Source: a virus. From it: a DNA stretch of 64,000 bases. Of the stretch, positions 36,858 to 44,525 are shown piece by piece. The notes under the pieces were generated by a model. The model was given only the letters and a program-made list of their open reading frames with translations. It searched no databases and had not been told where the DNA came from. The position numbers and the translations under genes were made by a program. The stretch's first letter is position 1, and the number at the start of each line of letters is the position of its first letter. The DNA lies in the IMG/VR virus record IMGVR_UViG_3300037264_000690, positions 30,414 through 94,413 of that record. One strand, given 5' to 3'.

Positions 36858-37481
36858 ATGACCAAGAAAGAACTGCGTGACACCAGACGTGATGCTGGAT
36901 TGTGTATTGACTGCAATACACCATCAACGGCTTTAAGGTGTCCTGAACACACCACGAGAAACAAAAAGCAGCTTGCGAGCTTCTACACAAGGAAAAAGGA
37001 AAGACGCGAGTGTATTATTCCTGGGTGCAAGAAACGTGTGCTTGATAAAGCTGTCAGATGCGTAGTACACACCCAGGAACGAAAGGATGCTTACGCCAAG
37101 AAGGTTGCTCAAGGAGTATGTACCAAATGTCCATCGGCAGCAACGTGCGGCAACAAGTGCAATAAGCACGCAATAATGCAACAAGCACTCAACTGGCGAC
37201 GTAAGCAAATGATCATGGATCACTATGGTGGTCCGACTTGTGTAGGATGTAATGAGACAGAACTCGCAGTTCTACAACTTGACCACAAGGACGGAGGAGG
37301 CAACAAGCATCGAAGGAAGATAGGTAATGGTGATCTGCGGAAAGGTAGTGTCAACACTTACCAGTGGATCATCGAAAACAACTATCCGCCTCTCTTCCGG
37401 GTGCTTTGTGCTAACTGCAACGTTAGAGCTAGATGTAGACTGCAGTTTCCTCGTGAACGCGGAAAGCTCAAGGACGAGTGA
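36858..37481 (+). CDS. HNH endonuclease with repeated Cys/His zinc knuckles
   Basis: three CxxC..C..H units, then HYGG.TC..C....LQLDH..GG..HR...FRVLCANCN. Confidence 0.8.
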   Translation: MTKKELRDTRRDAGLCIDCNTPSTALRCPEHTTRNKKQLASFYTRKKERRECIIPGCKKRVLDKAVRCVVHTQERKDAYAKKVAQGVCTKCPSAATCGNKCNKHAIMQQALNWRRKQMIMDHYGGPTCVGCNETELAVLQLDHKDGGGNKHRRKIGNGDLRKGSVNTYQWIIENNYPPLFRVLCANCNVRARCRLQFPRERGKLKDE

Positions 37482-37894
37482 GTATGCCGTTAAGCAAGAC
37501 GACCTACGAAGATCGGAAGGCAAAAGGACTTTGCGTGCAGTGCGGCGAATCGACAGGTGGTATCATTGGAGCAGTAAGCAACGGCAAGGTTCGTTGCGAC
37601 GCGTGTCTCCGAGGCAACAAATTGGCCCGACGGAAACGTCGGGCTGATCGTAAGAAGACGGGTCTCTGCACTGAGTGCCCGAACAATGCAATGCCTGACT
37701 GCTCGCTCTGTGACAAATGTAGTGCTGTTAGGTCCAAGTCATCAACCAAACGTTACTACAAGAATAAGCAAGCGGGAGTGTGTCGGTTCTGCGGGGCTGA
37801 AACTGAAAACGGTGAGTCCCGTTGTCCAAAGCACAAAGAACAGCTAAGCAACTGGCGAGAACGACAGAGACAGCTGAAAATCCAAGAAGATTGA
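37478..37894 (+). CDS. zinc-knuckle repeat protein without nuclease domain
   Basis: three GxCxxC...C..(C/H) repeats; Lys/Arg-rich. Confidence 0.7.
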   Translation: MSMPLSKTTYEDRKAKGLCVQCGESTGGIIGAVSNGKVRCDACLRGNKLARRKRRADRKKTGLCTECPNNAMPDCSLCDKCSAVRSKSSTKRYYKNKQAGVCRFCGAETENGESRCPKHKEQLSNWRERQRQLKIQED

Positions 37895-37918
37895 CATCAG
37901 ATAAAGGAAGGAACTGCA

Positions 37919-38314
37919 ATGCCGAATGAAATCCAGTTTCCTGGCGAATCTGTGGAGATTATGGCTGGCGGCCTCCACGATCCGTTCTTCTTCGACAAGC
38001 TCGCCTCTGCTTGGAACGTCGTCCCTCGGACGCAGTCTGAGCGAGAACAGCTACTTGAGTTAGCCACCATGCTTCGCGAAGCCCGCGACACTGAGACCGT
38101 GAAGCAAGCCGGCGACGGCAACCAGTTCCTGTCCGGCGCCATTGACAGCCTAAAGGTTGCCATGAGCGCCCACGGCTACGACACCGCACCTACCTCTGAG
38201 CTGATTGGAATCAAGAACGCTGCCGCTCAGATCGCAACTGACCCGCAGTTCCAGAAGGCTGCCCTTGACTATGGTATGTACCTGATCAACCTGGAGGCCG
38301 GCAACGGCAAGTAA
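37919..38314 (+). CDS. small KxA-rich head protein
   Basis: 5 of its 6 lysines lie in KxA. Confidence 0.65.
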   Translation: MPNEIQFPGESVEIMAGGLHDPFFFDKLASAWNVVPRTQSEREQLLELATMLREARDTETVKQAGDGNQFLSGAIDSLKVAMSAHGYDTAPTSELIGIKNAAAQIATDPQFQKAALDYGMYLINLEAGNGK

Positions 38315-38372
38315 CTAATTGCCCTTCCTAACTAATGGTTAAGGATTGGCATTTTAGTAAGGAGAAAATGAG

Positions 38373-38708
38373 ATGCCTGACACCACTTGCCTTTACACGA
38401 CTGTGAAGAACCCACTAGCGTTTTCTCGCACCTATGGCTATCTAGGTGCTCACGGCAAACTGCTACCTGCTGGTGCACACTTCACACAGATCGGCGACCT
38501 GGTTGACACCTTGATGGGTAGCAAACGATACAAGAAGCGTCAGACGGCCGCCCTTGAGCGCGATCTACTGAACTCAAAGATCGAGATCATCACCACGCCG
38601 CGTCCCATCTTGAAGGACGCAACTACCTCCGCAATCAAGGCGCTTGATCTGGATGCCGCCGCCATCGGTGTCATTGACCCGTGTTGGGGCGCTTACACTG
38701 ATGTATAA
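38373..38708 (+). CDS. putative virion protein
   Basis: AAGGAG RBS; structural context. Confidence 0.6.
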   Translation: MPDTTCLYTTVKNPLAFSRTYGYLGAHGKLLPAGAHFTQIGDLVDTLMGSKRYKKRQTAALERDLLNSKIEIITTPRPILKDATTSAIKALDLDAAAIGVIDPCWGAYTDV

Positions 38709-38752
38709 CGCCTGATTTGCTAAGCCAAGTATCTTCCGGGGAGGGAGTACAA

Positions 38753-39640
38753 ATGCCAATACAAAGCGTTGCGCGTGATCTCTTCAGCACTCCGTTTGCG
38801 TGCCTTGCCGGCCTCGCTGTTGGCAAGTGTGTTTACCTGTCTGCAGGTAACACTGTAGCGGTTGCTGATGGTAACGACGTGGCCAAGATGCCATGCATTG
38901 GTATCGTCGTGGAGAAGCCAACAACCATTACCTGCATCGTTCAGCACGGTGGTGAGTGTGATGCAGTGGCCGGGCTGACTGCCGGTCAAACTTACTACGT
39001 CAACGCATCTGGCAACCTGGTGAATAGCCCAGCTGGCTTGGCTGTTCCACAGGCGCTTGGTTTTGCTCGTGACGCTGACACGTTGGTCATGTTCGGGCTT
39101 GTCGCTGGTGGTGACGGTGGTGGGTCAGATGCGTGGCCAGCGCTATTCGACGATTTGCGTGTGTGGGATGCCTTCGCCACATTGCTACCGGCCACGCCAC
39201 TGACGGACAATCTTGGGCTCGTGACCAACACCTGGTTGACGACCGCACCAACAGTTGAAACCGAAGACTTGAAAACTGCTGGTCTCACCACCAGCTTCTG
39301 CCGCTTCCAGTTCGCTGTCCCAGACAACTACGTGGCGGCTGGACCCGTCACGCTTCGACTCTTTGCTGGCATGAAGACCACTGTGGCTGACGTTACAGCT
39401 ACGATTGATGCTGAAGTGGTCCGTACTGCTGCGCCAAGTGTTGACATCTGTAGCACTGGTGCACAGAGCATCAATAGCTTGACTCCAGCCAACAAGGACT
39501 TCGTCCTTACTCCAACAGCAATTGTGCCAGGTGACATCCTTGACGTGCGTATCGCAATCGCCGTCAATGACGCAGCGTCTATCACTGTTGTCATTGGTCA
39601 ACTGCAGCACATCACCATGTTGCTGACTAACAATGGCTAA
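38753..39640 (+). CDS. putative head fibre/decoration protein
   Basis: N-terminal GKCVY..AD..CIGIV..GLTAG.TYY..G.L module typical of phage fibres; beta-rich C-terminus. Confidence 0.55.
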   Translation: MPIQSVARDLFSTPFACLAGLAVGKCVYLSAGNTVAVADGNDVAKMPCIGIVVEKPTTITCIVQHGGECDAVAGLTAGQTYYVNASGNLVNSPAGLAVPQALGFARDADTLVMFGLVAGGDGGGSDAWPALFDDLRVWDAFATLLPATPLTDNLGLVTNTWLTTAPTVETEDLKTAGLTTSFCRFQFAVPDNYVAAGPVTLRLFAGMKTTVADVTATIDAEVVRTAAPSVDICSTGAQSINSLTPANKDFVLTPTAIVPGDILDVRIAIAVNDAASITVVIGQLQHITMLLTNNG

Positions 39641-39659
39641 AAATCGCGGATGAAAATTT

Positions 39660-39697
39660 ACCCTCTTGTCTGATATATTCGGACAAGAGGGTTTTTT
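39660..39697 (+). terminator. intrinsic terminator
   Basis: ACCCTCTTGTCTGA...TCGGACAAGAGGGT then T-run. Confidence 0.8.
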
Positions 39698-39731
39698 AAT
39701 GGCCTGAGTAAAAAACTACTTGAGGTGAATC

Positions 39732-40280
39732 ATGCTGACGTATGTCTTGGCGGCGATGTTACTTGTTGGCGACCCAGATGACGTGGTTAAAATCGATCCT
39801 AGCTTGTACTACATCTGCGCTGATGAATTGCGTGACCTATCCGTTAGCCTGCAGATCATTGACGTGCAAGAGCGTCGTTACACCTTGGTTCTGCCATCAG
39901 ATTTTCATGAGGATCTAGCAAAACTACGCAAGCGTAATAACGAGCTACACGACGCACCGTCCGCTGAGGACGCACTTCGTTTTCCCAGTAGAGAAGTTGT
40001 CAATAAGCTCCTGGAGTTCAACCGGGAATATCGACAGCATCTTGTCAATGTGAGGGATGCATTCCCGTATCGTTACTGGGAGTATGTTTTTGTAATTGAG
40101 GAGACTGAAAGGTTGTACAGAATCTGGGATCTGGTTCGTGATGCCGGTTGCGAATACTACTACATCACAGTTAGACGACAGGCGTTGAAGGAATTACGCG
40201 ACCTGATCGGGTATGATGATTACTACAGAAGTAAGCTGCCGCCGTGGGTGCCGACTTGGCGGTTTCAAGCGATCAATTAA
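39732..40280 (+). CDS. hypothetical protein with short signal-like N-terminus
   Basis: GAGGT RBS; helical, Tyr/Arg-rich. Confidence 0.7.
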   Translation: MLTYVLAAMLLVGDPDDVVKIDPSLYYICADELRDLSVSLQIIDVQERRYTLVLPSDFHEDLAKLRKRNNELHDAPSAEDALRFPSREVVNKLLEFNREYRQHLVNVRDAFPYRYWEYVFVIEETERLYRIWDLVRDAGCEYYYITVRRQALKELRDLIGYDDYYRSKLPPWVPTWRFQAIN

Positions 40281-40292
40281 GGAGGTCAAGAG

Positions 40293-41306
40293 ATGCTCAG
40301 GTTCATAGATGGAGCAGATCACTACGACACTGCCAAACTGACGACCAAGTGGAACAACGCGGTTGGTGTCACTGTGCTTGCTGCTGCTGGGCGTTTCGGT
40401 GGCAATGCCATTCGCATCAACGATGTTGGTGCTGGCGGCTTGCTACTCAAAACGATTAACGCCCAACCGACCTGGATTGTCGGTTTTGCGTTATATACTG
40501 GCACCTTCCCGACTACTAACACGATCATTCTCAAGGTGCTAGACGCAGGTGCTGTTCAAGTCGATCTGCGGTTGTATAGCGATGGCACCCTCGCGGTGAC
40601 TCGCAACGGTGCAGCTCTCTCCGGTGGTCAATCAACATTTGCACTCTCGACCAACACCTGGCATTATGTTGAGTTCAAAGTTACCATTGCTAACGCGATT
40701 GGGGCGAGCACCTGCCAAGTAAAGGTAGACAATGCCCAGGTGCTTGACGTCGCCGCTGGCCAGGATACTCAGGACACTGCCAACTCAACGGCCAACTCGA
40801 TTTCCTTCCACGGCTCTGTGCCGAACGCCACGTTTGACGACATTTACATCTGCGATGCTGCTGGCGGTGTTTGCACCGACTTCATCGGCGATAGTCGCAT
40901 CGTCACGCTGCTACCTAATGCAGCTGGTGACTTGACGCAGTGGACTGTCGTCAACGCAGGCAACAACTGGTCGGCTCAAGCAAATAACCCGTCGCTCAAC
41001 GATGGTCAATACGTCTACAGTGCTACACCTGGTCAGGTTGACCTCTATAACTTGCAGGATCCGTCGCTCACAGGTCCGATCAAGGGCATCCAGGCGTCGG
41101 TATACTCTCGCAAGGATGACTCAGGCATCAGGCAAATTGCCACGGATATCAAGACCGGTGGTGTGGAATTTGTTGGTACCACTCGCAACCTGACGACCAG
41201 CTACGTCTACTACAGCTCGATCTACGAGTTGAATCCGGATACCGTGTTGGCCTGGACTCCTGCCAACTTGATTGCCCTACAGGCTGGCATTAAATTGGTG
41301 GCGTAA
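40293..41306 (+). CDS. LamG/ConA-like virion appendage protein
   Basis: TWHYVEFKV, FDDIYI; two beta-sandwich domains. Confidence 0.6.
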   Translation: MLRFIDGADHYDTAKLTTKWNNAVGVTVLAAAGRFGGNAIRINDVGAGGLLLKTINAQPTWIVGFALYTGTFPTTNTIILKVLDAGAVQVDLRLYSDGTLAVTRNGAALSGGQSTFALSTNTWHYVEFKVTIANAIGASTCQVKVDNAQVLDVAAGQDTQDTANSTANSISFHGSVPNATFDDIYICDAAGGVCTDFIGDSRIVTLLPNAAGDLTQWTVVNAGNNWSAQANNPSLNDGQYVYSATPGQVDLYNLQDPSLTGPIKGIQASVYSRKDDSGIRQIATDIKTGGVEFVGTTRNLTTSYVYYSSIYELNPDTVLAWTPANLIALQAGIKLVA

Positions 41307-41316
41307 GGAGGCCCTT

Positions 41317-41541
41317 GTGGCTGTTACTAATGCACGGTCGGCACAGGAAGCTGTCGAGGTTCTGGTCGAGCAGGTCCAGTTGGCTCGCTCGGCTCAGATT
41401 GCCGTTGAGGTTGCGGATCAGTCACCAGGTAGCGCCAGGTCGTCCCAGGTGCCTGTTGAAGCCATCTATGCAGACCCTGGCAGTGCAAGGTCATCACAGG
41501 TCGCGGTTGAGGTGTTGGTCACGAGGACGTGTCCTCCGTAA
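41317..41541 (+). CDS. small repeat protein (4x ARSxQxxVEV)
   Basis: AAGGAGG RBS, GTG start; four ~17-aa repeats. Confidence 0.7.
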   Translation: MAVTNARSAQEAVEVLVEQVQLARSAQIAVEVADQSPGSARSSQVPVEAIYADPGSARSSQVAVEVLVTRTCPP

Positions 41542-41552
41542 GGAGGTGCGGC

Positions 41553-42011
41553 ATGCCGCCAAAAAATATTGCGATTGTGAAAGTACATTGGGTCGATGCT
41601 CACTCGCATGGAATCGGCTGGCTCGACGAAGACGAATTCAATCAGTGGCTCGACGAGCCTGGAATTATGGTCAGTGTTGGTCTGCTTCTACATCGCGGCA
41701 AGAAGTGGATTGCATTGTCGATGTCTGTTGGACTTGATGCCGTGTCTGACTGTTTGAAAATACCTATTGGCATGGTCAAGAAGGTTGAACGCCTGGGAAC
41801 AGTAACCGCGAAGGATATGGCCGGCCTACACCCAGGGGGGAGAAAGCGATGCCATCAATCCTTTGTGCTGACCAACTCACGGTCCGACCGGTCGTCTCGA
41901 TCTCATCTAATGGCCAGCCAATCCTCAAGCGCCCCCGTGGCGTCCAAGTTGCCCAAGGCCAAGAAGCGACCATCCGCTACACGATGCTCAGCCAGAACGG
42001 CGACCCGGTAG
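41553..42011 (+). CDS. hypothetical protein (V.W.DA...W...SVG.L...IP family)
   Basis: AAGGAGGT RBS; C-terminal tail overlaps the next gene. Confidence 0.6.
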   Translation: MPPKNIAIVKVHWVDAHSHGIGWLDEDEFNQWLDEPGIMVSVGLLLHRGKKWIALSMSVGLDAVSDCLKIPIGMVKKVERLGTVTAKDMAGLHPGGRKRCHQSFVLTNSRSDRSSRSHLMASQSSSAPVASKLPKAKKRPSATRCSARTATR

Positions 42012-42772
42012 ACTTGAGCGTCTGCCTCCTGGCCGGTGGGTCTGTGAAGGCTCGTATCCACGAAACAGCACTTTGTGTCCCACCTGACTATGTTCAAGTC
42101 AATTGCACCATAGTCAACAACACAGATAATGACCCCGGTAAGGATGGTTGCGTTGACTGTCTGCTGCCATCTGACATTGTTGCCTGTCCTGGCATCTTCA
42201 AGATCGAGTTCGCGTTGCTGGATGTCGATGACAACGTAAAATTCACCAACTGGATCTATCTTGTTATCAACAAGGGTCAGTGGGGTGCGGCTGGGTCGCT
42301 GACGCAGGTGGGTGGCTCGCTTACCATTCCCGAAGTAAAGTTGTTCCTTCGTGATAGTGATCCTGCTGACAACCTATGGCTGGGCGTTGAAGAGTTCGAC
42401 ATTGCCGAGATTGCAGCCTGCATAGCTTTGCCGATTGACTACTTCAACCAATCACAGCCGCCGCTTCATCAGTCGTGGACCACTCAGAACTTCCCGTGGC
42501 GGTACTTCTGGCTGCAGGCCACCTGCGCTCAGCTCTATAAGCTGGCTGCACGGCACTACACTCGCGTGCATCTGCCCTATCAGCAGCAGGGTGGTCTAAT
42601 GATCGACGACAAGAACAAGGCCAAGGAATACTGGGCCATGTACGAGCATGACTGGAATGAGTGGAAGGACTGGACGCTCCACAAGAAGGTCGAGCTCAAC
42701 GCTTGGGGTGCTGTGCAGGGCGTCGGCTCACCGTACTTTGGTATTCAGTGGGACAATAGCAACCACGGGTAA
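41849..42772 (+). CDS. putative head-tail adaptor (neck 1)
   Basis: N-terminal beta domain plus helical adaptor-like C-terminus; position after head genes. Confidence 0.55.
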   Translation: MPSILCADQLTVRPVVSISSNGQPILKRPRGVQVAQGQEATIRYTMLSQNGDPVDLSVCLLAGGSVKARIHETALCVPPDYVQVNCTIVNNTDNDPGKDGCVDCLLPSDIVACPGIFKIEFALLDVDDNVKFTNWIYLVINKGQWGAAGSLTQVGGSLTIPEVKLFLRDSDPADNLWLGVEEFDIAEIAACIALPIDYFNQSQPPLHQSWTTQNFPWRYFWLQATCAQLYKLAARHYTRVHLPYQQQGGLMIDDKNKAKEYWAMYEHDWNEWKDWTLHKKVELNAWGAVQGVGSPYFGIQWDNSNHG

Positions 42773-42776
42773 TCAA

Positions 42777-43634
42777 ATGGCGGTCCTCTGTGAAAACCCA
42801 CTGGTCGTCTTCGAGCGTGTGACGGTTGATTTCGTCGTTACTGGTGGTGCGCGCATCAACTGGTATGTCAGCCCTCACTTCCACGGACCTGAGCCATGGA
42901 GCTTACAGGTCCAGACGGCTGAGTCTGACTTACTACAAGCAAACTGGGTTGATGTTGGCACCCCTGTGCAGAACACTTGCTTCGTGATCGATCCAGAGTG
43001 GCGGGTTAAGTTCGGCAAGGAGCCGAACATCTTCTACCGTGTTAAGTTGACTGATGCTGATAATGTGACTTATACCTCTGAGGCCATTCATGCCCTCGAT
43101 CGACTTGATTTCAAGTCATGGAATTACTTCCTGGAAATCCAACGGAAGGAACTGATCCGACTGCGAGCCTTGAATGTCGGTGTCAATGCTTGGCTGCTCA
43201 AGATCAAGCGGTCAGGTACGCCATGTCAGGTATGTCTGGATCAATTCACCCAGGAGGTGACGAACAGCAACTGTCCGACTTGCTATGGTTCTAGTTGGGA
43301 AGGCGGCTACTATGAGCCTGAGCCGCTGGTCTATGCTGACATTACCGGTGAGGAGACGTATCTGCAGCGGGCCACCGAGGACGGCATGGGCATGGTTGCA
43401 CCTATGACTGTTCGTGGTATGTGTCTCGCTAACCCACATTTGATCACGATGGATATCATTGTTAATCACCACACCGATGTTCGATATCACGTTCACAATG
43501 TCAGCCCAAGGACGCACATTCGCGGTGTGCCAACACTAGTTACCGTTGACCTGCGACCCGTGCCGTTTGACAATGTTGTTTACAAATTTCCGGTTCCGAG
43601 AACCTATCCACCTTGTCCGGTTCCTGGGTGCTAA
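42777..43634 (+). CDS. putative head closure (neck 2) protein
   Basis: GTPCQVC..CPTCYG..WEGGYY zinc motif seen in large-myovirus neck proteins; position. Confidence 0.55.
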   Translation: MAVLCENPLVVFERVTVDFVVTGGARINWYVSPHFHGPEPWSLQVQTAESDLLQANWVDVGTPVQNTCFVIDPEWRVKFGKEPNIFYRVKLTDADNVTYTSEAIHALDRLDFKSWNYFLEIQRKELIRLRALNVGVNAWLLKIKRSGTPCQVCLDQFTQEVTNSNCPTCYGSSWEGGYYEPEPLVYADITGEETYLQRATEDGMGMVAPMTVRGMCLANPHLITMDIIVNHHTDVRYHVHNVSPRTHIRGVPTLVTVDLRPVPFDNVVYKFPVPRTYPPCPVPGC

Positions 43635-43635
43635 A

Positions 43636-43821
43636 ATGAATAAGCCGGCAATCAGCAACCCGTTCTTCCCTGATGATTCTGGGCTAAGCTACATGCCAAG
43701 CTGTGCTGACATTGAACAGCAGTTGATTGATGATGCAGTGCTGGAGGAGATCCAAGCTGGTCGGTTGGCTGGACGGTTGTTGACCCCTGATACACAGGCA
43801 AGAATTCTTGGTAGCAAGTAA
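43636..43821 (+). CDS. small hypothetical protein
   Basis: fills the gap; TAATG coupling to the next gene. Confidence 0.45.
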   Translation: MNKPAISNPFFPDDSGLSYMPSCADIEQQLIDDAVLEEIQAGRLAGRLLTPDTQARILGSK

Positions 43822-44495
43822 TGTCTCATCAAACAACACCTGAGCAGGAAGTCTCACGGCTGGACGCTAAATGGTTCGCAGGCGTCTGTGAGCTTGGCCC
43901 TCGTCCGCTTGTGGCCACTGGCTGGTTAAAGCTGTGGATGCAGGGCCATTTCACTGATCGTGCCAATATTGAGGATTACCAGGGGCCTGACCCCACCGGT
44001 CCGCTTTGGAAGCCGGATTTCAAGATGACCAACATGGCCATCGAGTCAGCCTCCAGGTGGACCCCCGAGCTGACAGAAATGCGTCCTTCGATTATCATAA
44101 GACGTAATAGCTGGAAGCGCATCCGACTGGGTATTGACGATCGAATGTTCTTCCATTTGGCCGCTGATGCTCAAAACAGGTATGCTAACTGGTGGCAAGG
44201 AAGCCATACGCTTTTCTGTATCACTGGTGACGGCGCTGAGAGCGAGAAACTAGGTGCCGAGGTCTTTCGAGAACTGAACGAGTTCGGCCCCATTGTCCGT
44301 ATAATTCTTGATCTGAAGCGCTTTGAGGTTGTTGAAGTTGGAGCCCTGTTAAAGGTCAAGACGGATGCTCGCGAGAACTATGCGGTCCCGATCACGATTA
44401 GTTACGTGTACGAGGAAGCCTGGAAGGTCAATCAGGAAGCACCCAAATTCAAGCGGATGAGTCAGCGGATTGACTTGAAGCACTTCCAGCCCTGA
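43821..44495 (+). CDS. putative tail terminator/completion protein
   Basis: immediately before the sheath; RPSIIIRR motif. Confidence 0.5.
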   Translation: MSHQTTPEQEVSRLDAKWFAGVCELGPRPLVATGWLKLWMQGHFTDRANIEDYQGPDPTGPLWKPDFKMTNMAIESASRWTPELTEMRPSIIIRRNSWKRIRLGIDDRMFFHLAADAQNRYANWWQGSHTLFCITGDGAESEKLGAEVFRELNEFGPIVRIILDLKRFEVVEVGALLKVKTDARENYAVPITISYVYEEAWKVNQEAPKFKRMSQRIDLKHFQP

Positions 44496-44525
44496 CGCAG
44501 GATATAGCGACACGGAGGTCTGCAC

